Below, one piece after another: positions 40,110-50,532 of a stretch of DNA of 64,000 nucleotides (within the stretch, counting starts at the first letter, position 1; the number at the start of each line of letters is the position of its first letter). The position numbers and the translations under genes are program-made. Below the pieces are notes generated by a model. It saw only the letters and a list, made by a program, of their open reading frames with translations. It was not told where the DNA came from and made no database searches. The stretch covers positions 32,001 through 96,000 of the forward strand of contig JAWCCZ010000001.1 of the NCBI GenBank assembly GCA_038861545.1, written 5' to 3'. Origin of the DNA: Thermofilaceae archaeon (lineage in GTDB: Archaea > Thermoproteota > Thermoprotei > Thermofilales > Thermofilaceae).

Positions 40110-41903
40110 ATGAGTGAGCAAGAGTTTATTCGATCACCTATCTTGGTAGTACTTGGACATGTTGATGTAGGAAAGACAACACTTTTGGATAGGATCAGAG
40201 GCACAGCTGTAGCTAAGCGGGAACCGGGTACGATGACTCAACACATCGGGGCTTCTTTTCTCCCCTGGAGGGCTCTCCAAGAAATGTGCGCACCCCTTAG
40301 CAAGGCAGTTAGAGCTGCTGTTGAAATTCCCGGTTTTCTAGTAATAGATACTCCTGGCCACGAAGCATTCTCTAACCTTAGGAGCCGTGGTGGAAGCATA
40401 GCGGATCTAGCAGTATTAGTCTTGGATGTCAATAGAGGTTTTGAGCAGCAAACTTATGAGGCTCTAGACCTGTTGATGGCCAGGCGGACACCCTTTATCG
40501 TTGCTGCAAACAAAGTAGATAGGATACCAGGCTGGAAGCCTAAACCCGATACTCCATTTATACATAGCATAACGGAACAGGATGCCGATGTTCAAGCTAA
40601 GCTTGAAGAATTTTTATCTTCGATAGTGTTTGAGCTCAATAAAGCAGGGTTTAGAGCGGATCGCTATGATCGGATAAAAGATTTTACTAGGACGGTGGCC
40701 ATAGTCCCGATAAGCGCGCTTACTGGAGAAGGTATACCAGATCTCATGCTGGTTCTCGCAGGCTTAGCCCAGAGGTTTCTTATCGGTAGGTTGAAGGTTA
40801 AAATAGGGCCAGCAAGAGGTGTAGTACTCGAAGTTAAAGAATTAGTGGGATTAGGAACAACAGTTGCAGTAATACTATACGATGGGGTTCTCAAAAAAGG
40901 TGATAGTGTAGTTGTAGGCGGATTAGATAAACCGGTGGTGACCAAGGTAAAAGCTATCTTAATGCCTAAACCGCTAGATGAAATGAGATCACCTGAGGAT
41001 AAATTTATGGCGGTAGATGAAGTAAAAGCCGCTGCAGGCGTGCTTATTGTAGCTCATGGCTTAGAGGAGGCTTTCTCCGGAGCACCATTTTACGTGTTTT
41101 ATAATGAAAGCGAGGCCGAAAATCTTATACACGAGGTGCAGGAGGAGTTAGCCTCTATAAGAGTGTCTAGAGACGTTTGTGGAGTGGTTGTGAAAGCTGA
41201 TACCCTCGGTACACTTGAGGCGCTTGTCAATTATTTGAACAAGATGGGTGTACCCGTTAGATACGCGGATATAGGCCCAGTAGTTAGAAGGGATGTAGTG
41301 GAAGCGACCGTAGTAAAAACATGCGACCGCTTAAGGGCTGTTATCTTAGCCTTTAATGTCAAAGTTACAGACGAAGCGGAATTTGAAGCTAAAGCCAACG
41401 GGGTAAAAATATTTCAAAATAACATCATTTATCGTTTAGTTGAGGAATACGTAAACTGGTACGGGAGTGAAAGACAACAAGAGAGAAGGATGGAAATGAG
41501 TAAAATGATTCTTCCGGGAAAGGTTAAACTTTTGCCTGGATATATTTTTCGAAGAAGCGATCCCGCTATCGTGGGTGTGAAAATGTTAGCTGGAAGGGTA
41601 AAGAAAGGATACCCGCTAATTACTAGAGATGGTAAAAGGGTTGGCGAAGTAATGCAAATACAAGAGCATAAGAAGCCTCTCGATCAGGCGATTACAGGGC
41701 AGGAGGTAGCCGTATCTATAAAGGGAAGTCTCATTATTGGAAGACACGTTAAGGAGGGAGACATCTTATACGTAGATGTACCTCTAGAAGACGCTGAAAA
41801 ATTACTGGAGAAGTATACCGAAGAGTTAAGTGAAGATGAAATAGAAATTTTAAAGAAAATTAGGCTTTTAAAACTAGGCCTAATTGATTCTCTCCCCCTG
41901 TAG
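40110..41903 (+). CDS. infB: Translation initiation factor aIF5B
   Basis: RSPI..VLGHVDVGKTTLLD, TQHIGAS, IDTPGHEAF, NKVD, KADTLGTLEAL motifs; no intein. Confidence 0.97.
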   Translation: MSEQEFIRSPILVVLGHVDVGKTTLLDRIRGTAVAKREPGTMTQHIGASFLPWRALQEMCAPLSKAVRAAVEIPGFLVIDTPGHEAFSNLRSRGGSIADLAVLVLDVNRGFEQQTYEALDLLMARRTPFIVAANKVDRIPGWKPKPDTPFIHSITEQDADVQAKLEEFLSSIVFELNKAGFRADRYDRIKDFTRTVAIVPISALTGEGIPDLMLVLAGLAQRFLIGRLKVKIGPARGVVLEVKELVGLGTTVAVILYDGVLKKGDSVVVGGLDKPVVTKVKAILMPKPLDEMRSPEDKFMAVDEVKAAAGVLIVAHGLEEAFSGAPFYVFYNESEAENLIHEVQEELASIRVSRDVCGVVVKADTLGTLEALVNYLNKMGVPVRYADIGPVVRRDVVEATVVKTCDRLRAVILAFNVKVTDEAEFEAKANGVKIFQNNIIYRLVEEYVNWYGSERQQERRMEMSKMILPGKVKLLPGYIFRRSDPAIVGVKMLAGRVKKGYPLITRDGKRVGEVMQIQEHKKPLDQAITGQEVAVSIKGSLIIGRHVKEGDILYVDVPLEDAEKLLEKYTEELSEDEIEILKKIRLLKLGLIDSLPL

Positions 41904-41981
41904 TTTTCTCTTCCTCAATTAAAAGAGTATCAATGTAGCGGTAAGGTAAAAGGCTTTTATATAGTACTGCAACTTGCTCCT

Positions 41982-42332
41982 GTGCCAGAGTTTAAAGTCG
42001 TGATAGCTGATCCAAAAACTGGAAAGTCAGAGCAAGTAGAAGTGAAAGGCGATAACGCTGCACGCATTATAGGTCGCAGAATAGGTGACATCATTGATGG
42101 CAGCATCTTAGGTAAACCTGGTTTAAAACTTAAAATTACCGGGGGGGCTGGTAAAGCTGGCGAGCCAATGCTGCCTTCTCTCTCCGGTGGGATTAAAAAA
42201 TATCTCTTACTCTCAAGACCTCCTGGCTTCAATCCGCGTGAAAAAGGTGAGCGTAGGAGGAAATTTGTTAGAGGTAATGTAATAACCGATGATATAGTAC
42301 AGATAAACACAGTGACAGTTGAGGGGGTATAG
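41982..42332 (+). CDS. rps6e: 30S ribosomal protein S6e
   Basis: FKVVIADP.TGKS, LKITGG...G.PM, GERRRK.VRGN...DIVQIN motifs. Confidence 0.95.
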   Translation: MPEFKVVIADPKTGKSEQVEVKGDNAARIIGRRIGDIIDGSILGKPGLKLKITGGAGKAGEPMLPSLSGGIKKYLLLSRPPGFNPREKGERRRKFVRGNVITDDIVQINTVTVEGV

Positions 42333-42333
42333 A

Positions 42334-43596
42334 TTGGAAAAACAGAGACTCCTACAACCCCTCGTAAATATAGGAACAGCCGGACATGTTGACCATGGTA
42401 AGACAACCTTGGTCGAAGCCTTAACTGGTGTTTGGACATCTAGGTATTCTGAGGAGCTAAAAAGAGGCATCACCTTAAAGCTAGGTTATGCAGATACGAT
42501 GGTTTTAAAGTGTCAATCTTGTCCTCCACCTCAGGCATATTACACTTTGGCTATAGCTCCTCCTAATGGTAAGTGTAAATACTGTGGTAGCCAGCTGGTT
42601 CCTCAGCGTAAAATATCTTTCGTAGATGTCCCGGGCCACGAGATGCTAATGGCGGTTATGCTAGCTGGAGCGTCAATCATGGATGGAGTGCTCTTCGTAA
42701 TAGACGCTCTACAACCCTGTCCTCGACCACAGACTAGAGAACATTTTATGGCGCTTACAATATCTGGAGTGCGGAAAGTAATTATTGTTCAGAATAAAGT
42801 AGATGTTGTAAATAAGGAGAGGGTAATGGAAAGCTATGAAGAAATAAAGCGCTTTTTAGAAGGAACATGGGCTGAAGATGCGCCAATAATACCTGTTTCT
42901 GCTCTTCATAGAGTTAATGTCGATGCTGTTATATGGGCTATCGAAAAATTTATTCCGATTCAGGATAGAGATCCAAGCAAGGATCCACTGATGCTAGTAG
43001 CGCGAAGTTTCGATGTTAACAAACCTGGACTACCGGTAGAAGAATTGAAAGGAGGAGTTCTAGGTGGGATGATAATTCAAGGGAAATTCGAAGTAGGTGA
43101 TGAAATAGAGATCAGACCAGGTATAAGAATCTCAACTAGACGAGGCGGTTTTAGTTACGAGCCCGTGATAACTGAAATCACAAGCTTGAAGTCCGGTGAG
43201 CAAGAACTAGAAGTAGCCTATCCAGGAGGGCTAGTGGGTGTCGGAACAAAACTAGATCCCAGTTTTACTAAAGGTGATAATATGATGGGTTGTGTCGTAG
43301 GTCATCCCGGAGCTTTGCCACCTATATTGAATGAAGTTAGAATTGAATATTCACTACTTGAGCGGGTTGTAGGGCTGGAAAGCGAAATGCGGGTTGAACC
43401 CCTGAGAAAGGGTGAGAACCTTATGCTCAACGTTGGAACAGCTGTCACGATCGGGGTTGTCCGAGAGGCTAAAAGGAATGAGGCTAGCTTGATGCTAAGA
43501 TCACCTATTTCAGCTAGTACTGGCATGAAGATAGCCATTAGCAGACAGATGGCGGGGAGGTGGCGTCTAATCGGCTACGGATTAATTAAAGATTAA
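42334..43596 (+). CDS. eif2g: Translation initiation factor aIF-2 gamma
   Basis: NIGTAGHVDHGKTT, RGITLKLGY, zinc knuckle, DVPGHE, QNKVD, RWRLIGYG; TTG start after a GAGGGGG Shine-Dalgarno-like site. Confidence 0.96.
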   Translation: MEKQRLLQPLVNIGTAGHVDHGKTTLVEALTGVWTSRYSEELKRGITLKLGYADTMVLKCQSCPPPQAYYTLAIAPPNGKCKYCGSQLVPQRKISFVDVPGHEMLMAVMLAGASIMDGVLFVIDALQPCPRPQTREHFMALTISGVRKVIIVQNKVDVVNKERVMESYEEIKRFLEGTWAEDAPIIPVSALHRVNVDAVIWAIEKFIPIQDRDPSKDPLMLVARSFDVNKPGLPVEELKGGVLGGMIIQGKFEVGDEIEIRPGIRISTRRGGFSYEPVITEITSLKSGEQELEVAYPGGLVGVGTKLDPSFTKGDNMMGCVVGHPGALPPILNEVRIEYSLLERVVGLESEMRVEPLRKGENLMLNVGTAVTIGVVREAKRNEASLMLRSPISASTGMKIAISRQMAGRWRLIGYGLIKD

Positions 43597-43615
43597 CCTA
43601 TTTATCCTTATTGTC

Positions 43616-44380
43616 CTAAAGCATGCCAGCCGCTCTAAATATCAACGCTATAAACCAGGTTAGAAAAGCTCCAACAGTACCACCTAATATAGACTTCCTC
43701 CAGTCAAGTTCTCCTACTACTTTAAACATAATTATTGTAAGAAGTAGACTCCAGAGCCCTCCAAAGTAATCTATTGCATCTAGTAAAAGTTGAATGGGAA
43801 ATCCGAGCAAGTTCCTTGTGTATTGCATCCTGAAAAGGTGAGCTGTTAGTGAATGAAACTTTGGATAAACTCCCTGAATAGATATTAGGATAAGTTGGGG
43901 GGATGAATAAATTGCTACTATATAAGTAGCTAAGGTTATCAAAAAAGTTAAAAACCTGGATGAAAGAGCATAACCGGTAGCCGAAAATACAATGAATCCC
44001 TCAATACGTGCTCCCAAGAGATACATTATAAACCAGAATACAGCGAAGAAAATAAACCATGTAGCTATAAGCGCCGCAATTCTAATTGAAACATAAGGCA
44101 ATAAATTTGAGTAGAAACTACTCATTAAATTAATCGTAATACCTGAAGGTGATCGAGTATATACTCTGGCAAGTAATATGACAGCTATTAATATTTGAAT
44201 AAAGAGGGAGGTTAAAATTAACGCTCCTGAACTGGATGCATCTGGATCCTTTTTAACTTCCTCGAAGAGTTCGATAGGTTTAAGGTACATCTGATATAGT
44301 CTACGAGCAGCTCTTATGGAGACTCTACACATTTTTTTTACAAGGGCTTTCAGAATATTTAAAGCCGAGCTGGCACTCAT
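43616..44380 (-). CDS. Yip1-like multi-pass membrane protein
   Basis: LKP.ELFEE preceding about five hydrophobic helices; SATGYA motif. Confidence 0.55.
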   Translation of the reverse strand: MSASSALNILKALVKKMCRVSIRAARRLYQMYLKPIELFEEVKKDPDASSSGALILTSLFIQILIAVILLARVYTRSPSGITINLMSSFYSNLLPYVSIRIAALIATWFIFFAVFWFIMYLLGARIEGFIVFSATGYALSSRFLTFLITLATYIVAIYSSPQLILISIQGVYPKFHSLTAHLFRMQYTRNLLGFPIQLLLDAIDYFGGLWSLLLTIIMFKVVGELDWRKSILGGTVGAFLTWFIALIFRAAGML

Positions 44381-44382
44381 AA

Positions 44383-44643
44383 TTACACGCCCACTAAGGT
44401 AACTGTGTGTTCGACCCCCTTGATACCTCTAATACTAGTTACTATTCTATCTAACTCGCTAAGCGTATCAACTTCGATCCTAATTACAGCATCCCATATT
44501 CCATACGTAATTAAGACTTCTTTAACTCCACTAATTTTTTTAGCTTCATCTACTACGTCATATTCATGACCGGTTCTTATCGTGGCTAATACGAAAGCTA
44601 CTACCGATCCACTTCTCTTTTCATGAGGCGTATTCCGCTGCAA
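44383..44643 (-). CDS. Stand-alone Lrp/AsnC ligand-binding (RAM) domain
   Basis: AFVL....G.E..V......I.GVKEV..TYG.WD.VI.IE...IR.I.GV..T.TL; no HTH. Confidence 0.88.
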   Translation of the reverse strand: MQRNTPHEKRSGSVVAFVLATIRTGHEYDVVDEAKKISGVKEVLITYGIWDAVIRIEVDTLSELDRIVTSIRGIKGVEHTVTLVGV

Positions 44644-44749
44644 GCTCTCCCATACCCTTTTACCAATCTAGTTTTTAAGCTTCTCTTCTTGTTTACTCGT
44701 TTTCATATAAATCACTTATATAACCCGCTAAATTCTTATCCAGTGAGGG

Positions 44750-45742
44750 TTGTTTATGAGTGGTCAAAATTTAGAGCTTTGGATTGAGAAATACCGGCCA
44801 CGCACGCTTGATGAAATCATAAATCAGAAAGAGATAGTTGACCGACTTAAGGAGTTTGCCAAAGAAAAAAATGTACCACACTTGCTTTTTGTGGGTCCGC
44901 CTGGAACCGGTAAGACCACTGCAGCTCTTTGCTTAGCTTACGAGTTATACGGCGAATTATGGCATGATAACACACTTGAGCTGAATGCATCTGACGAAAG
45001 GGGAATTGATGTAATTAGGTCTAGAATAAAAGAATATGCCAGAACTGTGCCATTAGGTGAAGTGCCTTTTAAGCTGATAATTCTGGACGAAGCTGACAAC
45101 ATGACAGGCGATGCTCAGCAAGCCCTCCGAAGAACGATGGAGCTCTTCTCCAGGACTACCCGCTTTATCTTGATAGCAAACTATGCCTCAAAAATAATTG
45201 AACCTATACAGTCGCGATGTGCAGTTTTCAGGTTCCAGCCAATCCCTAAAGGCGACTTCATAACCAGATTACGTCATATCGCTGAGCGAGAGGGGGTAAA
45301 GATTCTCGACGGCGGCCTCGAAGCCATTTGGGAGGAAAGCATCGGCGACATGAGAAAAGCTATAAACACTCTCCAAGCTGCTGCCGCGCTTAATAGTATA
45401 ATTGATGCCGATGTAGTCTACAAAGCCGTAGGTAAAGTCACTCCTGCGGAGGTCAGGGACATGATTAAGCTAGCTCTTAGCGGTGATTTCATATCAGCAC
45501 GCGAGAAACTGAGGGAAGCGCTTTACTCCTACGGCCTATCCGGCGTAGATATCGTTAAACTGGTATACAGGGAGGTGACTTCGTCAAGAGAAGGCTTCGA
45601 AATTGATGAGAGGAAGAGGCTCGAGATTCTTGAATTAATTGGGGAAATCAACTACAGGTTAGTTGAGGGTGCAGATGATGAGATACAACTTAATGCTCTC
45701 CTCGCCAAGCTAGCGCTGGTTGGAGGGAGGGGTAAAGTGTGA
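44750..45742 (+). CDS. rfcS: Replication factor C small subunit
   Basis: WIEKYRP, GPPGTGKT, ELNASDERGI, LDEAD, AQQALRR and SRC motifs; no intein. Confidence 0.97.
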   Translation: MFMSGQNLELWIEKYRPRTLDEIINQKEIVDRLKEFAKEKNVPHLLFVGPPGTGKTTAALCLAYELYGELWHDNTLELNASDERGIDVIRSRIKEYARTVPLGEVPFKLIILDEADNMTGDAQQALRRTMELFSRTTRFILIANYASKIIEPIQSRCAVFRFQPIPKGDFITRLRHIAEREGVKILDGGLEAIWEESIGDMRKAINTLQAAAALNSIIDADVVYKAVGKVTPAEVRDMIKLALSGDFISAREKLREALYSYGLSGVDIVKLVYREVTSSREGFEIDERKRLEILELIGEINYRLVEGADDEIQLNALLAKLALVGGRGKV

Positions 45743-47022
45743 ACTCTAGGGCCACACAGCCGTGGACAGAGAAATATAGGCCCAAAACAATCGATGAAGT
45801 TATAGGCAACTCCGATACAAAGAAAGTCTTCGTAGCTTGGCTTAATAAATGGCTAGCTGGTCGTCCAGAAAAGAAGGCGGCTCTGCTTTACGGTCCTCCA
45901 GGGTGCGGTAAAACCAGTCTAGTTCACGCAGCAGCATACCAGCTCGGTTTAGAGCTCGTAGAGGCTAATGCAAGTGATGTGCGAACTTCTGATGCACTTA
46001 AAAGGAGGGTTTTTAGAGCTGCGACCGAAGGTGTCCTTCTAAGCACCAGAGGTAAAATAATACTGTTGGATGAAGTCGATGGTGTTAGTCCGCGAGATGC
46101 TGGTGGACTTGAAACTATTCTCGAGATAATTCAAGCCTCAAGGTATCCTGTTGTTTTAACAGCTAATGACCCGTGGGATCCCAGATTACGTGATTTGAGA
46201 AGTATGAGCGAAGTAATAGAATTTAGGAGGTTGGGCATCCGAGAAATTATCAATGCATTATCCGAGATTTGCAGGAAAGAGGGAATAGAATGCGATCCAG
46301 CTGTGATTAGGGAGTTAGCTTCAAACAGCGAAGGTGACCTTAGAGCCGCTATAAATGACCTTCAATCCATTTCGCTGGGGAAGCGCAAGGTTACCTTGGA
46401 AGACCTGGAAATACTAGGATATAGGGCAAAGCAAGAGAATATGTTTGAGATAGTAAGAAGCGTTCTAGCGGCTAAGCGTCCTGAGACAGCCAAGGCTATA
46501 CTTGGTCTTCCCTCTCTCGATTATGAAACGCTAATACAGTGGATTAACGAAAACATTCCACACCAATACTCTCCAAGTCTAGTGGCTATAGCTGACGCAT
46601 ACGACGCATTATCTAAAGCAGACATACTAATTTCACGGATAAAACGGGAACAAGCCTGGACCTTACTTCCATATGCTTTGGATATGATGACAGCAGGTGT
46701 GGCCAGCGCCCGAGAAAGACCCCAGTTTAGGTTTGTAAAATATAGTTTCCCTCAAAAGCTTAGATTACTTTCCATAGGTAAGGAGACTCGTGAGGAGAGG
46801 GTTAGGATCGCCAAAGCTGTAGGAACATTTTGCCACATGTCAACTAGGAGGGCATTACTTGAGGTGTTACCATATATTAAAGTTATTTATGAAAATAACC
46901 CGTTGAAAGGGAGGTTAATCCTAGAAGGATTAGGAGTACCTGAGGAGACCTTTCGCAGAGCCTTCAGGATTGAGATTAGTCCAGAGATTCAGGGCCGCTC
47001 CTATCGGCGGCACCGGAGCTGA
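45739..47022 (+). CDS. rfcL: Replication factor C large subunit
   Basis: PWTEKYRP, GPPGCGKT, EANASD.R, LDEVDG, GDLRAAINDLQ, WINEN motifs. Confidence 0.95.
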   Translation: MNSRATQPWTEKYRPKTIDEVIGNSDTKKVFVAWLNKWLAGRPEKKAALLYGPPGCGKTSLVHAAAYQLGLELVEANASDVRTSDALKRRVFRAATEGVLLSTRGKIILLDEVDGVSPRDAGGLETILEIIQASRYPVVLTANDPWDPRLRDLRSMSEVIEFRRLGIREIINALSEICRKEGIECDPAVIRELASNSEGDLRAAINDLQSISLGKRKVTLEDLEILGYRAKQENMFEIVRSVLAAKRPETAKAILGLPSLDYETLIQWINENIPHQYSPSLVAIADAYDALSKADILISRIKREQAWTLLPYALDMMTAGVASARERPQFRFVKYSFPQKLRLLSIGKETREERVRIAKAVGTFCHMSTRRALLEVLPYIKVIYENNPLKGRLILEGLGVPEETFRRAFRIEISPEIQGRSYRRHRS

Positions 47023-48232
47023 GATCTTCACGAATTAAGAGAAGTAACTCTTTCTCCAAAGTTTTTAGAGGTATAGCGGGTAAGCCTATCAAAGTTGTCC
47101 TACCTTTTTGTCCTTTTCCGGGTTTCCCTGTGGATATTATACCCATCCGACTCATATTCCTAATGCATTCCCATACTGCAGTGTGCCTTTTAGGGGCTAG
47201 GCCATGCTCTTCACAAATGTCATGGTACTCAAGCTCGAGTAATCCCATAGGAACTTTACTGATGAATTTTTTTCTCTGAAGAAGCCTTGCCAGAGCAAGT
47301 AGTAGTAATTTTTCGTCTAGCTTCAAGTTAAGAAGAGCATCCTTTGGGAAGGGCATAACATCACTGTGGGCTCTTCGGATATCCTCCGGAAGAATGCTTT
47401 CCCTATCTTCAGACTCTGCATATTTCCCAGCCCTATAAAGGATTTCAAGTGCTAAACGCGCGTCGCCTGACCCACCTCTATCGTATCCCACAAGCTCTCC
47501 TATCATCTCTATTACTTCATCGCTAATAGCTGATTCGTACAGCGCCCCTTCTTCAACTCTTTTCATGAGAATCTCCTCCAGCTGCTCCGAGGTGTAAGGA
47601 TAAAACCGTATTATGTTATGTTGAAGCGTGCTTTGGACTGAACGGTCCAGCGACATCATGAATGTCAAGTCTCGGAACACAAATACTAATCCGATCCGGT
47701 GGACTTCATCTTCAACTATCTCTGTTAATCTAGTTAGAACATACAAAGCCTCTTCCCCTGAATGGGCTATATAATCTGCTTCATCTATAGCTGCGACTAG
47801 GTATTCGTTAGAGTTCTTCAAGTAGCTCCAAATCATCATCAGCAGCTCTTCACGAGAAAACCCTCTTCGAGGAACATTCAGCCCTAAATCCTTCCCAATT
47901 TTCTGCATTATTGAAAAGAGTGACCTATGTGCATGGCAGTTAACATAAGCAAACCTTGCCGATGCCCCTTTAGCTAGTTTTGCTCCATTGAGATCTTCTC
48001 CGAATCTCCTCACCACCGCAGTTTTACCAGTACCCACAGAGCCTAACAGTAGAACTCGCACAAAGACACTACCAGGCTTCAGTAAGAAAGGTTTGAAATA
48101 CTCTCGAAGCATGTTTAGCTGTTCCTCCCTGAAAGGAAGACATCGAGGAACATAATCCACTTGAAGTTTACCCTCATCTCTGAAAATCTTTGAGGTGGGA
48201 AGCCAAAAGCCACCGCTCATTTTATCGCCCAT
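46976..48232 (-). CDS. cdc6: Orc1/Cdc6 replication initiator
   Basis: IF.DE.KL..DYVP..LPFRE.Q, G.VGTGKT, IDEAD, F.PYT.EQL, GDARLAL, C-terminal wHTH with GRTT; start is ATG 48232 or 48220. Confidence 0.93.
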   Translation of the reverse strand: MGDKMSGGFWLPTSKIFRDEGKLQVDYVPRCLPFREEQLNMLREYFKPFLLKPGSVFVRVLLLGSVGTGKTAVVRRFGEDLNGAKLAKGASARFAYVNCHAHRSLFSIMQKIGKDLGLNVPRRGFSREELLMMIWSYLKNSNEYLVAAIDEADYIAHSGEEALYVLTRLTEIVEDEVHRIGLVFVFRDLTFMMSLDRSVQSTLQHNIIRFYPYTSEQLEEILMKRVEEGALYESAISDEVIEMIGELVGYDRGGSGDARLALEILYRAGKYAESEDRESILPEDIRRAHSDVMPFPKDALLNLKLDEKLLLLALARLLQRKKFISKVPMGLLELEYHDICEEHGLAPKRHTAVWECIRNMSRMGIISTGKPGKGQKGRTTLIGLPAIPLKTLEKELLLLIREDLSSGAADRSGPESLD

Positions 48233-48288
48233 AGTTGATTGCAAATAGTAATTAGGTTCAAATATTAAAGTTGTTCGCTGCACAAGAG

Positions 48289-48783
48289 TTAGTTAGCTAC
48301 CTTTACAGTCAATGCTGCTAGGTCTCCCAAGAATTCAACATGTACTGCTACACCGTTTCTATTCAGAAGACCTTTGCTGCGAAGAACATTTTTCAAACAA
48401 GCCTCGATTTTACGAGCTATTGTACTACCTCTAGACTTGATCTCTACCCTCGAGAATTTAAAGCCTTTAGCTATAGCCTTGGCCGCTATTGCCTCCGCTA
48501 CACGCTCCGTCTCATTTAACTCAACCCATGCGATAACCTTTTTCACTGAAACTATACCTCGAATCGGGAATTTTTTCAATGTGTCACATAAAGTATCTGG
48601 GTCAAGATGACTGTAAACAGCTAATCCTCCCCTTATAATATCAACTTGCAAATCTTTATCTAAAGGATACAATGCATCTAGTAAATCCAACCTGATTCTT
48701 TTCTCACTCCCAGGCTTTACAGATATAACGAGTTTAGGCTCGCATGCGCGCACATCGTTCATTGGGAGAAAGAAGAAACCCAA
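48289..48783 (-). CDS. Hypothetical protein (possible degenerate THUMP domain)
   Basis: Gap-filling ORF; LVIS..PG.E and ..RG....IE pattern weakly THUMP-like. Confidence 0.45.
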   Translation of the reverse strand: MGFFFLPMNDVRACEPKLVISVKPGSEKRIRLDLLDALYPLDKDLQVDIIRGGLAVYSHLDPDTLCDTLKKFPIRGIVSVKKVIAWVELNETERVAEAIAAKAIAKGFKFSRVEIKSRGSTIARKIEACLKNVLRSKGLLNRNGVAVHVEFLGDLAALTVKVAN

Positions 48784-48816
48784 GCTTTAAACCGTACGTT
48801 CATCGTATTTCTGCAG

Positions 48817-49542
48817 TCACCTTTCTCCAATGCGCGATACAGGAGAAGTAAAGCTCCAGAGTTTCTCGAAATAGTTTACCGCAATATTCGCAACTTCCTC
48901 ATCTAACACTATTAATCCACTTAGCCGCCATTGGACGCTGAAAGGTCCAAATGAAAGTATCAACTTTTTTCTATCAGTAATTAACATGTCTAAAGGGAGC
49001 ATCACTTGCGCCGGTTTCCACTCGCCAAACTTGGGAGGCTGGAATTCAGTCCCCAATATTCCCCGAACATTTTTACACCTGGATAATGGTTGCTGCAGCA
49101 CTTTCAGTAATTCTCCACTTGAGATTATAAGCAGAACTTCTTCAGCCTCTACTGTAATTCTCTTTGCAGTTTGTTTCAGTGATTCAAAGCTCCGTATAAT
49201 GTATACGCCAGCTGGAGCCACTAAGCTTCCCATTTTTAATGCTCTCAAAATATCGGTGGCTCTCAACAACTTATCTTCAAGGGAAGCCTTTAACCCGGCT
49301 ATATTATCTTCCGGCTCGCGAGGTGCATAAACTAGAGGCGCGTTCGAGATCCTCACGATCCACCCTCTGTTCTCCAGCTTCTTTAAAACCTCGTAAACTT
49401 TTGTATAAGGGATATTAGCAGAGTCGCTTACCTCTCTAGGAGACATTTCACCCATGGAAAGCAGAGTCGCATAGGCTCTGGCCTCGTAATCCGATAATCC
49501 GAGTTCTCTCAGAGTTTCAACAGCTTGCCTAAACTCCTCCAT
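48817..49542 (-). CDS. TrmB family transcriptional regulator
   Basis: LGLSDYEARAY..LL, S.IPY.KVYEVL..LE.RGW, P..Y; PLD-like effector domain. Confidence 0.92.
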   Translation of the reverse strand: MEEFRQAVETLRELGLSDYEARAYATLLSMGEMSPREVSDSANIPYTKVYEVLKKLENRGWIVRISNAPLVYAPREPEDNIAGLKASLEDKLLRATDILRALKMGSLVAPAGVYIIRSFESLKQTAKRITVEAEEVLLIISSGELLKVLQQPLSRCKNVRGILGTEFQPPKFGEWKPAQVMLPLDMLITDRKKLILSFGPFSVQWRLSGLIVLDEEVANIAVNYFEKLWSFTSPVSRIGER

Positions 49543-49597
49543 ATTAACTGTCTACCGTGAATAAGGTATATAAGGCAATCGCCGAAGATCCTAGGGA

Positions 49598-50518
49598 ATG
49601 AACTTAGCGATTGAGACAGCAAATCTTACTAAAGTCTTTGGAGGCTTTAAGGCAGTTGACAGTGTTACACTTAAGGTCGAGGAAGGCGTGATTTTCGGTT
49701 TGCTTGGCCCTAACGGCGCTGGCAAAACCACCACAATACGCATGATACTTGGTTTAATTAAACCAACTTCCGGCTACATCAAAGTATTCGGAATCGATGT
49801 AACACGTGAAAGGAAGAGAGCTCTTAAGCTGGTAGGCTATATGCCGCAGCAATTTAGTCTGTATGAAGATCTCACCGTTGAAGAAAACTTGTGTCTATAC
49901 GCTTCGCTTTACGGGATTAAAGAATTGGAAGCTAAGAAGCGAATTCAAGAGCTGTTAGACGAATTAATGTTAGCTGAGTATAAAAAAAGACCTGCCGGTA
50001 AGTTGAGTGGAGGAATGAAGCAAAGGCTGGCTCTAGCTGCTGCCCTGGTGAACAGACCGAGGCTTCTTGTCGTAGATGAACCGACTGCAGGTGTTGATCC
50101 ACCTTTGCGAAAGTATTTCTGGAAAAAATTCCGTGAATTGAAGGACGACGCTGTTACCATACTAGTTACAACACACTACATGGACGAAGCTGAAAATTGC
50201 GATATAATTGCATTAATGAGTAGAGGCAGAGTAGCTGCTGAGGGGTCCCCACTTGAGATCAAGCGATTAGCGTATGGAGGAGACTTGCTAGAACTAGAAG
50301 TGATAGGTGATGCACAACCCATTCTCGAGAAATTTGGTCTCAAAATACTCTACTTAGAAACCAAAAGCGATGTAGAAAAGCTAACTTTACTTGTGCCTGA
50401 TGCTTCCTTAGTCCTGGCTTCCTTAACGAGAGCGCTTGAGCGTAGTGGCATTAGGGTCATCAAAGCATATCCTGTTCCAGTTAGCTTAGAGGATGCTTTC
50501 ATTCGTCTTACAGCTTAA
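49598..50518 (+). CDS. ABC-2 type transporter ATP-binding protein
   Basis: GPNGAGKT, LSGGMKQR, VVDEPTAGVDP, TTHYMDEAE, SLEDAF motifs. Confidence 0.93.
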   Translation: MNLAIETANLTKVFGGFKAVDSVTLKVEEGVIFGLLGPNGAGKTTTIRMILGLIKPTSGYIKVFGIDVTRERKRALKLVGYMPQQFSLYEDLTVEENLCLYASLYGIKELEAKKRIQELLDELMLAEYKKRPAGKLSGGMKQRLALAAALVNRPRLLVVDEPTAGVDPPLRKYFWKKFRELKDDAVTILVTTHYMDEAENCDIIALMSRGRVAAEGSPLEIKRLAYGGDLLELEVIGDAQPILEKFGLKILYLETKSDVEKLTLLVPDASLVLASLTRALERSGIRVIKAYPVPVSLEDAFIRLTA

Positions 50519-50532
50519 AGGGGTGAGAACGA

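Noticed and set aside
46976-48800. Replication origin adjacent to orc1/cdc6
   Set aside because: The flanks are occupied by coding sequence and no ORB repeats were found.
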